64,000 nucleotides of DNA from Cyanophyceae cyanobacterium (GCA_050331735.1 JBHJGN010000015.1:32001-96000), one strand, 5' to 3'. Shown: positions 19,027 to 30,900, counted from the stretch's first letter. Made by a program: numbers and translations. The notes: generated by a model not told the origin, from the sequence alone.

Positions 19027-21147
19027 ATGGATTTTTTAGTTTACGAACCTTTTAATAATAACGAAGCACAGAAAAAAGTTTGGGGTTGGCTACAGGATGC
19101 ATTTAAAGATGAAGCAGGCATCGCGTATTACCGCTATCCGATTTTTGCCGCTGGCATCAATCGAGAACCTGATATTCTCATGCTGCATCGCCAGCTAGGT
19201 GTGTGGGTGATTGATTGCCAGGAATACGCTATTGACAGTATAGCCACTATTGAAGGGGATGAATGGCAAATGAACGACTGGCAACGGGAAACCGAAACGC
19301 CAGTGGTTCAGGCAGAAGATAAATTGTTTGCTGTTCAAAGTAAGCTGACAGGACGCCGAGAAACTCGTGGTTTGCTTGATTCTCTTCATTTTCGAGTTGC
19401 CCTTCCTCACATTGAACGACATCAGTGGGAAACCCGAGGATTTCATCAACGACCAGCGACTCACCGTTGTGATGTGCCAGTTATTTTAGTCTCTGAAGAT
19501 TTAACCCCAGAAGCGTTAAGAAGAAAGTTAATCGAAGCTTCAGGCGATCGCCAACAAGAATTGAGCGATCGCGAGTGGGAACTGATTGCAGGAGTTTTCG
19601 GAGGAACGCTACCGGCATCGCCTCGCCATATTCCTACAGGAACGCCTCTCAATCACCCTGCTAGAGTGATTCAAGCCATTGAATCTCAACTGAAGATTTT
19701 GGATGAAACTCAACAGCAAATCGCCTTTGAAGTTCCCGATGGCCCACAACGCCTGCGGGGGTTAGCCGGAACAGGCAAAACTGTTCTTCTGGCAAAACGC
19801 GCTGCTAAGATACACGCCTCTCATCCAGACTGGACGATTGCTTTAGTCTTCTTTACGCGCTCTCTCTACGATCAAATCCTTAAGTTAATCGCTCATTTTT
19901 ACCGAGAGATGACTAGCGAGGAACCCGATTGGACAAAACTCAGGGTTTTACATGCTTGGGGGGGCAGAGAACAGCCGGGTTTTTACTATAGCTTAGCAAT
20001 GAAGTGTGGACACACACCTCAAACCGTTGGTGACGTGACCTCGGCTATTGGTCCAGTATCACCCGGAAAAGCATTTGAGTCTATCTGCCAGCGCCTCGAA
20101 GAAAGCCCTGTGCCTGCTATTTACGATGCTGTTTTGATTGATGAAGGTCAAGATTTACCGCCTGTATTCTACAGACTCGCTTACAAAACCCTCAAAGAAC
20201 CTCGACGACTGTACTGGGCCTACGATGAAGCGCAAGGAATCGGTTCATTGATGATTCCCACCTCAGAAACTCTCTTTGGCAGAAATGCAGACGGCAGTTT
20301 AGGAGTGGACGTTCGCGGTAGCTACGAAGGAGGAATTTTAAAAAGCCATATCTTGAATCAGTGCTACCGATCTCCCCGTTCCTTGCTGATGGCTGCTCAT
20401 GCGGTCAATATGGGACTGTTTAGAAGAGGAGGGGCTTTGCAGGGAGTTACCAATCAAAAAGACTGGCAAGATTTAGGCTATGCGGTGACGGACGGTGATT
20501 TTAAATCAGAAAGCGTCAAGGCTGGCAGAACGGTGACGGTAACGCGATCGCTCTCCGCCAGTCCTCATCCGGTGGATCGAGAAGACTTCGACCTTAAAGA
20601 TGCCCTGGGAACTCTCCTGACGATTCACCCTGTCTGGACTGAACGCGAAGAAAGAGAGTGGATAGCCAAGCAAGTGGCTCAAGATTTAGCTCAAGGACTT
20701 GACCCTTGGGACATCATGATTACAGCACTCGCTGGCGACTACGAAAAAGATTATCTCTACGAACTGCAAAACGCTCTCAAAGAGCAAGGAATCGACAGCT
20801 ACATTGCCGGGGTTAATGGCGATCGCAGTATTTTCCGCAAAGCAGGACACGTCACGATTGCGAATGTTTATCGCGCTAAAGGCAACGAAGCGTGGAAAGT
20901 TTATGCCTGCCGGTTTCATTATGCCACTCAGCCGCTAGAGTGGAAACAGGAAAATGAGCTGCACAAACGCAATGAAGCTTTTGTCGCCCTAACGCGATCG
21001 CGGGTTTGGTGCGTCGTCACCGGAATCGACAGCCCGATTTTTGCTGAACTACAGCAGGCACTTGAGCAGTATCCTCACTTTACTTTCCCGGCTTTTAATC
21101 GAGCATCTTTAAAACGGCATATGGAAGAAGCAGAGCCTGACAGTTAA
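19027..21147 (+). CDS. NERD-domain + superfamily I (UvrD-like) helicase
   Basis: REPDILMLH..G...ID and PVVQA NERD-like N-terminus; Walker A GLAGTGKT, DEGQD, YDEAQ, CYRSP, KGNEA, FVALTRSR. Confidence 0.88.
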   Translation: MDFLVYEPFNNNEAQKKVWGWLQDAFKDEAGIAYYRYPIFAAGINREPDILMLHRQLGVWVIDCQEYAIDSIATIEGDEWQMNDWQRETETPVVQAEDKLFAVQSKLTGRRETRGLLDSLHFRVALPHIERHQWETRGFHQRPATHRCDVPVILVSEDLTPEALRRKLIEASGDRQQELSDREWELIAGVFGGTLPASPRHIPTGTPLNHPARVIQAIESQLKILDETQQQIAFEVPDGPQRLRGLAGTGKTVLLAKRAAKIHASHPDWTIALVFFTRSLYDQILKLIAHFYREMTSEEPDWTKLRVLHAWGGREQPGFYYSLAMKCGHTPQTVGDVTSAIGPVSPGKAFESICQRLEESPVPAIYDAVLIDEGQDLPPVFYRLAYKTLKEPRRLYWAYDEAQGIGSLMIPTSETLFGRNADGSLGVDVRGSYEGGILKSHILNQCYRSPRSLLMAAHAVNMGLFRRGGALQGVTNQKDWQDLGYAVTDGDFKSESVKAGRTVTVTRSLSASPHPVDREDFDLKDALGTLLTIHPVWTEREEREWIAKQVAQDLAQGLDPWDIMITALAGDYEKDYLYELQNALKEQGIDSYIAGVNGDRSIFRKAGHVTIANVYRAKGNEAWKVYACRFHYATQPLEWKQENELHKRNEAFVALTRSRVWCVVTGIDSPIFAELQQALEQYPHFTFPAFNRASLKRHMEEAEPDS

Positions 21148-21155
21148 ATGGACAA

Positions 21156-22310
21156 TCACGAACAAAACTCTTCTAAAAATGTTGTTGCAATTAACGGTAA
21201 TACAAAACAGACAATAGCCGCTTCTGAAGTAAGTGCGTGACTAAATGTAGCCAGTAGTATAGCTAAACCCGCCATTGCTATGCGCCCGAACGCTCTCTGT
21301 AAAGGTAAAGCAGACGAGCGAACAGAATGTACTAGGGTCATCCCGAATAAAGCTGTCGCTGCCCCATAAAATAGGGGGAGAGGAACTCGTGCAGAGAAAG
21401 TCTGTTCGGTTGCAGAAGAAATTGCCAATTCTATCCCTACACCAGTTGCCGCGATTCCGGCAAAGATGGCGATATGTCCGTAGCCGTAAATGAAGCTTTT
21501 GAATAGCTCCTTGTTATTACTCCGCAAAGCCCGATCGACATTTGTCCGATCGAGATCGCTAAAATAAAGCCACCAGAAGCAGACGGCGATCGCAAACCCG
21601 TTAATCGCGGTAAAAATAGTCGATAGCTGCCAGTTGGTATCGGCAACCCCTGTGGCGACAGCAGCCACCGTTTCTCCCAAAACAATCATCGTAAACTGTC
21701 CCAAGCGATAGGGCAGATGAGAACCGTGAACGGGCGTATTAGCAACCGATAGATAAGCCACTAAAGGAGTCGCAATTTCAACGGCTAGCGCCAAACCCCA
21801 CAGAGTAAAACGGGCAGGGGGTTCGACAAACAAAGATGAAAGCCATAAAGCAGCACCGGCACTAAAGCCTGTGATGAAGCGATTACACAGCTTTTTAGTC
21901 TTGTCAACATCTCGACGCGCCCAAACATAGAGGCTAATTAGTAATCCCTGTAGCACTGTATAACATGCCGCAAAACTAAACGACGTTGTGGTTAGAGCAT
22001 CGCGAGTATTCAACGCCAAAGCTAGCACGACCAGCATGGCAATTAACAAAATCACTCTAAAATAAGTTTTGTCGTTCGTGTCAAACAGATCGAAGAAGTA
22101 GCTAAACCCCGTCCAAGCCCACCAAATCGGAATAAATAACGCGGCGTACTTAATCAAGTCTGCCGTACCTAAATGCTGATGGAGATAGCGAGCGAGTTGC
22201 GTTACCGTGACGGCAAAGACGAGATCGAAAAAAACCTCTAGCCAGGTTGCCTGTCTTTGGTTTCCTGGCTGGTTGGGGGTAAAGGCGTTAAGAGAATCCT
22301 CGGACGACAT
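21156..22310 (-). CDS. ltrA: Low temperature requirement protein A family membrane protein
   Basis: ATWLEVFFDLVFA, WWAW, HLPYRLGQFTMIVLGETV, WWLYF, YGH. Confidence 0.88.
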   Translation of the reverse strand: MSSEDSLNAFTPNQPGNQRQATWLEVFFDLVFAVTVTQLARYLHQHLGTADLIKYAALFIPIWWAWTGFSYFFDLFDTNDKTYFRVILLIAMLVVLALALNTRDALTTTSFSFAACYTVLQGLLISLYVWARRDVDKTKKLCNRFITGFSAGAALWLSSLFVEPPARFTLWGLALAVEIATPLVAYLSVANTPVHGSHLPYRLGQFTMIVLGETVAAVATGVADTNWQLSTIFTAINGFAIAVCFWWLYFSDLDRTNVDRALRSNNKELFKSFIYGYGHIAIFAGIAATGVGIELAISSATEQTFSARVPLPLFYGAATALFGMTLVHSVRSSALPLQRAFGRIAMAGLAILLATFSHALTSEAAIVCFVLPLIATTFLEEFCS

Positions 22311-22362
22311 AAACCATTTTCTTGAGATGCTGCTACACAGATTGACTGGAGGCAAGGGCTAG

Positions 22363-23076
22363 CTATATGAGCAGATTACCACCATTTACTTCCAGCACTG
22401 CACCCGTGATAAACGATTGAGTCATCAGAAACACAGCAGCGCTTCCAATATCTTCGGGTTGGCCAATTCGTCCGGCGGGAACTTGAGCCGCTTGCTGAAG
22501 AAATTCCTCCCGTTCGTCTTCTGGCATGAAGTCCCATAGAGAGGTGTCAATCGCCCCCGGAAGAACTACGTTAAACCGAAGCGGTGCTAGCTCCACCGCC
22601 AGCGCTTTCGCCAGTCCTTCGACAGCACACTGACTCGCAGTAACAATGCTGGCGCCTGGTTGAGGTCTACGGCTGAGACCACCAGTAATAAAGGTAATGG
22701 AGCCGCGTTCAGACATCTTTGGAGCGGCATAGTACGCGCAAGTGTAAGACCCCCAGAACTTACCTTCCATGTATTGGCGAGCAGAGTCAATGGAGTCAAG
22801 AAATTTTCCTCTCGAACCAGGTGCAGCCGTGATGAATAGATGATCGAGCTGTCCGACTTCCTCAAACAGTTGGCGAATCGAGTTGCGGTCAAGAATATCA
22901 AGCTGTAGTGCTTTAGCGTGCCCGTTGATTTGCTCTAGAGCTTTGTCTAGCTTGTCTTGGGAGTGACTAGCAATAACTACCGTTGCGCCTTCTGCTGCTG
23001 CTGCTTGCGCAGCTCCCAAGCCCATGCCGCTACTGCCACCGATGATGACTACTGTTTGTCCCTGTAGTTTATTCAC
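22363..23076 (-). CDS. SDR family oxidoreductase (atypical; no YxxxK)
   Basis: IIGGSSGMG, KFWG, ELAPLRFNVVLPGAIDT, GRIGQPEDI. Confidence 0.9.
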   Translation of the reverse strand: MNKLQGQTVVIIGGSSGMGLGAAQAAAAEGATVVIASHSQDKLDKALEQINGHAKALQLDILDRNSIRQLFEEVGQLDHLFITAAPGSRGKFLDSIDSARQYMEGKFWGSYTCAYYAAPKMSERGSITFITGGLSRRPQPGASIVTASQCAVEGLAKALAVELAPLRFNVVLPGAIDTSLWDFMPEDEREEFLQQAAQVPAGRIGQPEDIGSAAVFLMTQSFITGAVLEVNGGNLLI

Positions 23077-23077
23077 A

Positions 23078-23755
23078 TCAAGCTCCCGGCTGTCGTCCTC
23101 CTAGTCTTTGCCTGTCTGCTTCTGGAAGCTGACGAACAGAAATTGTGGCATAGGATCCTAGTCCAATACCGCCGATCGCAAAGCGAATAAAGTCTCCTAG
23201 GGCTTCAACCATCCGAGCATTTCGCAGCCCTCCGCAGTCGAGAGGAGAGAAACCAATTTCCTCAGCTAAAGTCATCACCGTTTGCTTCGCTTGCTTATTG
23301 TCGCCGCAGACGAAACAAGAAACGTCGTAATCTTTGAGCGGTTCTGGGCTGAGTTCAAACACTTCCTGCGCCATTGTATTAAAGGCTTTCACTGTGTATG
23401 CATCCGGTATATCTGCCGCTAGCTTCTCGGCTAGAGATTCTTCCATCATCGAATCGAAGGCGTAGTTTTTCGGTATTTCTCGGTTGTTGCAGTCAATAAC
23501 TACCTTACCCGATAGAAATTGAGGGTTAGATAAAACTTGAGAAGGCATTACGCCTCGTACCGAATAAAAAATTACCTCTCCAAAAATGGCTGCCTCATCG
23601 TCAGAGCCACCCTTAGCTCCGTGTCCGGCAAATTCAGCAACGGACTGACCCTTTTCAGCCTCGCGGGAGCCGAAAAACACGTCATGTCCCTGTTCTGCCC
23701 ACAAGATCCCTAACGCTCTTGCCATATTTCCTGTCCCAATTGTGCTGATTTTCAT
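23078..23755 (-). CDS. NADPH-dependent F420 reductase-like oxidoreductase
   Basis: IGTGNMA, FGSR, KVVIDCNN, VKAFNT, CGD, DCGGL. Confidence 0.88.
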   Translation of the reverse strand: MKISTIGTGNMARALGILWAEQGHDVFFGSREAEKGQSVAEFAGHGAKGGSDDEAAIFGEVIFYSVRGVMPSQVLSNPQFLSGKVVIDCNNREIPKNYAFDSMMEESLAEKLAADIPDAYTVKAFNTMAQEVFELSPEPLKDYDVSCFVCGDNKQAKQTVMTLAEEIGFSPLDCGGLRNARMVEALGDFIRFAIGGIGLGSYATISVRQLPEADRQRLGGRQPGA

Positions 23756-23942
23756 AGAATAAACTCTCTAGGGAATCAAAATAAGCTATTAATTAACGAA
23801 CACTTTCTACAAGAAAATTTTGTCTCTCTTATCTGAGGTGTAGTAATCGCCCAGATTCTCCTTGGCAATAAGTTGGGTAAGGTTGAAGCTAAAGCGAGTT
23901 CAAACCCTTTTTGACAATCATTTTGTCAGCAGAGACAGCGCT

Positions 23943-24659
23943 TTAAACTGGCTGATTTCTAGGAACGACTAACAGCCTGGGAACTAATACATCCTCCGGC
24001 TGCTCCAATACATAGCGAACGCAGCGAGCAATATCCTCTGGCTTGAGCGCACCGCCCGCTTTAATTTGAGATTCACTGTCTTCATCCCAGCTATCATACA
24101 GTCCCGTGTCTACTGTTCCGGGTTCAATTGCCGCTACTTTGATTCCCGTTCCTGCCAGTTCCATGCGCAGAGAATCGGTAAAGGCTTCGACAGCGTGTTT
24201 TGTGCCGCTGTAAGCCCCGTAAGTGGCAGCCGTTTTCAGTCCTGAAATACTAGAGGTATTGATTAAAAAGCCGCTCCCTGTTTTCTTGAAGTGCTTGAGT
24301 ACCGTGTAAGCCATGCGGTAAACTGACTCAACGTTGAGTCTTGCCATCAGACAGATCTTGTCGATGTCGATTTCTTCAATCGCACCGACGCTCATCATCC
24401 CGGCGTTGTTCACCAAGACATCTAGCTGACCAAAAGAGTCTAAGGCAAAATCAAGGAGCTTTTGGGCTGTATCAGGCTCGGTAATGCTGGCTGCATAGAC
24501 TTTGGCGTTTTGACAGGAATCAGCTAAATCTTGCAGCTTGCCTTCAGAACGAGCAGTAAGAATGAGCTTCATTCCGGCTTTATCTAGCTCATCGGCGATC
24601 GCCTTACCAATCCCACTACTGGCACCGGTAATGAGAGCGACTTTATCTTGCAAATCCAT
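23943..24659 (-). CDS. SDR family oxidoreductase
   Basis: ITGASSGIG, LVNNAG, YSGTK, IEPGTVDT; AGGAG RBS. Confidence 0.92.
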   Translation of the reverse strand: MDLQDKVALITGASSGIGKAIADELDKAGMKLILTARSEGKLQDLADSCQNAKVYAASITEPDTAQKLLDFALDSFGQLDVLVNNAGMMSVGAIEEIDIDKICLMARLNVESVYRMAYTVLKHFKKTGSGFLINTSSISGLKTAATYGAYSGTKHAVEAFTDSLRMELAGTGIKVAAIEPGTVDTGLYDSWDEDSESQIKAGGALKPEDIARCVRYVLEQPEDVLVPRLLVVPRNQPV

Positions 24660-24661
24660 GT

Positions 24662-26161
24662 TTATTCTCCTGATGACAGATCTATCCAAACCGTTTTAGT
24701 TTGCAGATAATATTGCAAGCTTTCTCGACCTAATTCCCGTCCGTAGCCACTCATCTTGTAGCCGCCGAAGGGACACGAAGGATCGAATTGACCGTAGGTA
24801 TTAACCCAGATGATACCAGCTTCGAGTTGAGCCGCTGCACGATGAACCTTGTTAAGATCTCTACTTTGAATTCCTGCTGCGAGTCCATACTGGCTGCTGT
24901 TAGCAATTTTAATAGCATCTTCAAAAGTGTCAAAAGGAATGATGACCAGGATTGGCCCAAAGGTTTCCTCTTGAGCAATGGTCATACTTTGTTCAACGTC
25001 AGCAAATACGGTTGGTTCAACAAAATAGCCTTTGCCAGTGCCAATATCGGCAGCCTTACCGCCAGTTACCAACCTTGCGCCATCTTTTTGCCCAATATCC
25101 ATGTAGCGCAGGACGTTATCGTACTCGCTTTTACTAGCGATAGGACCGACTTGAGTTTCTGAATCTAGAGGATCGCCCAGCTTCAGGCTCGCGGCTTTTT
25201 GCCTAACTTGCTCGATGACCTCATCGTAAACAGAACGCTCGACTAGCATTCGAGAACCAGCATAGCAGATCTCGCCTTTATTATCGAAAATACTGTAAAA
25301 AGCGAGATTGTTAATCTTTTTCAAGTCAGCATCGGCAAAAACGATATTGGCAGATTTTCCTCCCAGTTCCATCGTCAGATGCTTAACCGTATCGGCAGAA
25401 CTTTCGATCACGCGGACGCCGCTGCCAGTAGAGCCTGTAATTGCTACCTTTTCCACATTGGGATGGGTAGAAAGTAAGTTGCCAACTACGCTACCAGACC
25501 CCGTGACTAAATTGAAAACTCCGGTTGGTAACCCTGCTTCCTGCATAATTTCCGCCATCTTAACAGCGGATAGGGGAGTAGAGGAGGCTGGCTTGTGAAC
25601 GACGCAGTTGCCAGTAGCTAAGGCAGGAGCGAATTTTTGAGCTGCCAGAACGAGGGGAAAGTTAAATGGCGAAATGGCTCCGACTACTCCTAATGGCTCC
25701 TGTAATGTATATACATGGGCATTTCTAGCTGCTTGCTTAACAGAACCTTCAACGATCGACGCTAATCCGGCATAGTAATGGTAAAGAGAAGTCAGATGGG
25801 GAATATCAATCGCCATGCTTTCAGAATACAAGCGACCCATTTCTTTCGCCTGTAAAAAAGCTAATTCTTCACCGTATTTGGTAATTAGATCGCCAATTCT
25901 CCAAAGGTATTCTGCGCGATCGTGTCCGCTCATCTGTCGCCAAGGACCACCGTTAAAGGCGTGACTCGCTGCTTTGATGGCTGCCTCGGTGTCTTCTTCA
26001 TTAGCCTCAACGACTTGGGTTAAAATTTCTTCTGTCGTCGGGTCGATAACATTAGTTTTATTACCATCTCCTCCATCACGGAATTCGTTGTTGATAAACA
26101 GCTTTCCTGGTTTGATAGAAAAGTTAGGGCGCAAGCTTTTTGACTCTGTAGAAGACTGCAT
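24662..26161 (-). CDS. Aldehyde dehydrogenase
   Basis: SPFNFP, TGSTGSG, MELGGKS, GEICYAGSR (catalytic Cys), EETFGP, PFGGYKMSGYGRE. Confidence 0.95.
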   Translation of the reverse strand: MQSSTESKSLRPNFSIKPGKLFINNEFRDGGDGNKTNVIDPTTEEILTQVVEANEEDTEAAIKAASHAFNGGPWRQMSGHDRAEYLWRIGDLITKYGEELAFLQAKEMGRLYSESMAIDIPHLTSLYHYYAGLASIVEGSVKQAARNAHVYTLQEPLGVVGAISPFNFPLVLAAQKFAPALATGNCVVHKPASSTPLSAVKMAEIMQEAGLPTGVFNLVTGSGSVVGNLLSTHPNVEKVAITGSTGSGVRVIESSADTVKHLTMELGGKSANIVFADADLKKINNLAFYSIFDNKGEICYAGSRMLVERSVYDEVIEQVRQKAASLKLGDPLDSETQVGPIASKSEYDNVLRYMDIGQKDGARLVTGGKAADIGTGKGYFVEPTVFADVEQSMTIAQEETFGPILVIIPFDTFEDAIKIANSSQYGLAAGIQSRDLNKVHRAAAQLEAGIIWVNTYGQFDPSCPFGGYKMSGYGRELGRESLQYYLQTKTVWIDLSSGE

Positions 26162-26235
26162 GAATAATCCTTCAGCCGAGTTATTCTTGACTGGATTTTG
26201 CAAGTAGTTCAAGCGACCATACCATTAGCGATGAA

Positions 26236-26255
26236 TAGTTACCAAACAGAAACTA
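26236..26255. promoter_or_regulatory. Candidate HxlR-family operator (imperfect palindrome)
   Basis: TAGTTAC-CAAACA-GAAACTA, 6 of 7 positions per arm paired, in the divergent ALDH/HxlR gap. Confidence 0.45.
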
Positions 26256-26263
26256 ATAAAAGG

Positions 26264-26977
26264 ATGAACCAGTCTCAGACGCAGTATAGTTGTCCCGTAG
26301 AGGTTACGGTAGAAGTAATTGGAGGAAAATGGAAATGCACGATTCTCTGGTGGCTGAGAAGAGGACCAAAAAGATTTGGAGAATTGTTGCAGTTGATCCC
26401 GAGAATCAACCGCAAGGTTTTAACGAACCAACTGCGCGAATTGGAAAGAGACGGATTAATTGAACGACAGGCTTATCAAGAAAGACCCCCACGGGTCGAA
26501 TATTCGCTAACTTCTTTAGGTGAGACCCTAGAGCCGATTACGAATTTAATGTGCGATTGGGGTAAAGTTCAGAAGCCCGGCTATATCTTTGGCTTACTAG
26601 ATCTTGAGGGAGTTAACATTTTAGTTGTGGCAGACGATCCCAGTGCAAGCGAACAGATCCGTGTAGAGTTAGGAACAATTCGCGGCGCACAGGTATCTAC
26701 TGTATCTCTCGTTTTAGTGTCTGAAAGCCTGCCTCAGATACATCCCGATGCTGTTGTTGTCGATCTCAGTGACTTTGGTGGAAATCTAAGCCCTCTGATT
26801 CGCCAAATTCAACTTTTGACGACAAGCTCAGGCGAACAGACTCCAGCAATTGCTTTGGCGGAAGGGGGAGAGCGCACTCAAGCTTTTTCTAGCGGTTTTA
26901 AGCTGATTTTAGCTAAGCCATTTGAACCATCGGAATTAGTGGCGGCGATCGCCAGCGTTACTGGCACATTTGAATAA
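26264..26977 (+). CDS. HxlR-family winged-helix regulator fused to a C-terminal receiver-like domain
   Basis: CPVEVTVEVIGGKWK, LRELERDGLI, PPRVEYSLT; then ILVVADD, PDAVVVDL, PAIAL, AKPF. Confidence 0.9.
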   Translation: MNQSQTQYSCPVEVTVEVIGGKWKCTILWWLRRGPKRFGELLQLIPRINRKVLTNQLRELERDGLIERQAYQERPPRVEYSLTSLGETLEPITNLMCDWGKVQKPGYIFGLLDLEGVNILVVADDPSASEQIRVELGTIRGAQVSTVSLVLVSESLPQIHPDAVVVDLSDFGGNLSPLIRQIQLLTTSSGEQTPAIALAEGGERTQAFSSGFKLILAKPFEPSELVAAIASVTGTFE

Positions 26978-27076
26978 ATTCTATCGTTCTGAAAATTATC
27001 GTCGGCCACTTGAGTTGCTAGTGCCGAATAGCTCTACTAGATGTTCCAGGCGATCGCCTCACTACTCCTTTTTAGT

Positions 27077-27922
27077 TTACTCACACAGATAACCTGCATG
27101 ATGACGAATATGGTCTTCCATAAAGGTAGAAATTGTAAAGTAGCTATGGTCGTAGCCTGCTTGAAGACGGAGGTCGACCTGTTGCCCTGCATTCTCAGCA
27201 GCTTGAGCAAACACTTCTGGGAGAAGCTGCTGCTGGGAGTAGAACGAATCATCCGTTCCCTGGTCAATGAGAATTGTGGTATCTAACTGTACCTGCTGCA
27301 CTAATTCAGAAGCATCGTATTTGCGCCAGTGTCTCTGTTCGCTTCCTAAATAAGCAGTAAACGCTTTTTGCCCCCAAGGAGCCTGCATCGGGGCGGCAAT
27401 CGGCGCAAAAGCAGATACAGACAGGTATTTTCCTGGATTTTTCAAAGCACACACCAGTGCGCCATGTCCTCCCATTGAATGACCAAAAATTCCTTGCTTG
27501 TCCGTTACGCTAAAGTTAGCGGCAATTAGTTCCGGTAACTCTTGGGTAACGTAGCTATACATGCGATAGTGTTTACGCCAAGGTTCAGTAGTAGCATCAA
27601 CATAAAAACCAGCACCACAGCCTAAATCCCAATCCTCATCCTCGACCGCAATTCCCGTGTTGCGAGGGCTAGTATCTGGCACAACTAGCATAATACCGTG
27701 TTGAGCCGCGTAGCGCTGCGCTCCAGCTTTCACCGTAAAGTTTTCTTCTGTACAGGTTAACCCCGATAGGTAGTAAAGCACCGGGACAGCCTGAGATTCA
27801 GCCTGCGGCGGTACGTATACAGCAAAGCGCATTTCGCTATTACACGCCTGAGATGAATGAGAATAATAGCCAACAGTTCCGCCAAAGCAGCGGTATGCCG
27901 ATTTAATATTGAGTGAAGACAT
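27077..27922 (-). CDS. fghA: S-formylglutathione hydrolase
   Basis: [34 protein letters not shown]. Confidence 0.96.
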   Translation of the reverse strand: MSSLNIKSAYRCFGGTVGYYSHSSQACNSEMRFAVYVPPQAESQAVPVLYYLSGLTCTEENFTVKAGAQRYAAQHGIMLVVPDTSPRNTGIAVEDEDWDLGCGAGFYVDATTEPWRKHYRMYSYVTQELPELIAANFSVTDKQGIFGHSMGGHGALVCALKNPGKYLSVSAFAPIAAPMQAPWGQKAFTAYLGSEQRHWRKYDASELVQQVQLDTTILIDQGTDDSFYSQQQLLPEVFAQAAENAGQQVDLRLQAGYDHSYFTISTFMEDHIRHHAGYLCE

Positions 27923-27925
27923 AGA

Positions 27926-28330
27926 TTAGGCTTTACGTTCCTCTGAGTAACTTTTCAGTTCGGGCATTTTGGGAAACCAGGACAGTCGCCGCGTTATCCA
28001 AGTTTGATAAGCGAGCGGAGGTAACTTCTCTGGTTCGTCTAGACTACCAAGAAAAATATCTATTTCTAGACTGTCTTGCTCTTGAAAAAATAGGAGAGAA
28101 CCGCAGTTACCGCAGAAGTGACGAGTTCCGTGAGGAGATGACTGAAAAGAACGCGGTTCTCCTCTAATCACTTCAACCCCTTGACGAAGAAAGATGGCAA
28201 AAGCGGAGGCAGGACCACCAGCTTGTCGTCTACAGGTCCGACAGTGACACAACATCGTGCGGAGAGGTTCGCCATTGATGCGGTAGTGGATTTTTCCACA
28301 GAGACAACCCCCTGTATAGTAGGTACTCAT
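27926..28330 (-). CDS. GFA family protein (glutathione-dependent formaldehyde-activating enzyme-like)
   Basis: GGCLCG, CHCRTCRR, RHFCGNCGS; 1-3 nt gaps to frmA and fghA. Confidence 0.9.
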   Translation of the reverse strand: MSTYYTGGCLCGKIHYRINGEPLRTMLCHCRTCRRQAGGPASAFAIFLRQGVEVIRGEPRSFQSSPHGTRHFCGNCGSLLFFQEQDSLEIDIFLGSLDEPEKLPPLAYQTWITRRLSWFPKMPELKSYSEERKA

Positions 28331-28331
28331 C

Positions 28332-29498
<1,167 letters not shown>

Positions 29499-29970
29499 TT
29501 ACACCGATATCGACCAGTTCCTCTGCGGATAACACTGAGCAAAAATTTAACAAAGCGGACTGAAAACGCTCAAAGCTTGACCAACGGTCAGCGCCATTTA
29601 AAATAGGCGATCGCATCTTCAGTGTGGCTGCTAAACTAAGCAGTAAGGCTCTTCACTCAATTCTGATTGTCAACTGTATGATACCGAGTCAAGGCTTCGG
29701 GAACACAGAATCGTCGCGGTGGACGGTTAAGAAGATAGATTTTGCTAGCTTAAGACCTAGACCTGGTTGGTAAGCCTCTTATTTAGTACAGCACGACCAA
29801 GCTTCAATTTTAGATTCGCCTTTAAAAAGCAGCGAGAGGAAATCGAGCAATCTCTCTGATTGATCGCTGATTGACTCAGCTACTCTGTCACCCAAGCGAT
29901 ACTTATTTCACAACTACAACCACTATGTCCCGGTAAGACCTTTCCTGGAGCGGGAAACCAGGAATATTTT

Positions 29971-30831
29971 ATGAAAATTAGCGAGAAGAGTGAACTGTTT
30001 CATCACTACCAACGAGGAGAGCGCAACTTTCAAAGAATCGATCTATCTGGAGCTAGTCTCCGTAAAGCTAAACTAAATCGCGCTCATTTTAGCCAAACCT
30101 ATTTCAGACAAGCAGATTTAGCCCGTGTTCAATTGATCGGCTCTCATCTTGTTCACGTCGATTTTTATCAAGCTAACCTATTCAACGCTAATCTTATTGA
30201 AGCTACTTGCTTTCAGTCTAACTTTACCACCGCTACCCTAATTAAAGCAGACCTCAGCGGTGCAGTGCTCACCCACTCTATCTTTAATGGTGCCGACTTG
30301 AGCCATGCTTGCTTAATTAGCAGCAGTCTCATTAAAACTTATTTTCTCCAGGCTAAGCTTCAGTCAGCCAACCTCACAAAAGCAACATTGACGCAAGCGA
30401 CTTTAGCGCAAGCCAATCTACGCAGTGCAGTACTGACTGGAGCAATCCTGGCTGAGGCCAGCTTGGAACAAGCGAATTTAAGACGGGCAAACTTAATTCG
30501 AGCTTATCTCCATCAAGCTAATTTAAGCGGAGCCTCCTTACAAGGAGCCGATTTAAGTAGCGCTTATCTGCAAGCGGCTAATTTAGCGTTTGCCGACTTA
30601 GCAGGCGCTAACTTAGAAGGAGCGAATCTGACAGGTGCTAATTTGGTTGGGGCCAACCTCCGGCGAACGAATCTTCAGGATTCTCAACTGAGTCAGGCCA
30701 ATCTTCAGGGAGCTCGGTTGCTGGGAGCTAACCTTACTGGCAGTAACTTACTGAACGCTAAATTAGACGATGCCGCTCTTTCTCAGGGCGAATCCGTAGC
30801 CAGCAAACTGATTCCTGACGGGCGTTACTGA
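29971..30831 (+). CDS. Pentapeptide repeat protein
   Basis: YQRGERNF start followed by A(N/D)Lxx repeats throughout. Confidence 0.95.
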   Translation: MKISEKSELFHHYQRGERNFQRIDLSGASLRKAKLNRAHFSQTYFRQADLARVQLIGSHLVHVDFYQANLFNANLIEATCFQSNFTTATLIKADLSGAVLTHSIFNGADLSHACLISSSLIKTYFLQAKLQSANLTKATLTQATLAQANLRSAVLTGAILAEASLEQANLRRANLIRAYLHQANLSGASLQGADLSSAYLQAANLAFADLAGANLEGANLTGANLVGANLRRTNLQDSQLSQANLQGARLLGANLTGSNLLNAKLDDAALSQGESVASKLIPDGRY

Positions 30832-30871
30832 ATCCAAGGATATCTTTAACCCCTAGCCCCTCAGCGCCTCT

Positions 30872-30900
30872 GCCTTCCCCACGCCAACCTTGGGGAAGGC
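30872..30900 (+). terminator. Stem-loop downstream of the pentapeptide gene
   Basis: GCCTTCCCCA...TGGGGAAGGC 10-bp perfect stem; no clear U-tract. Confidence 0.45.
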
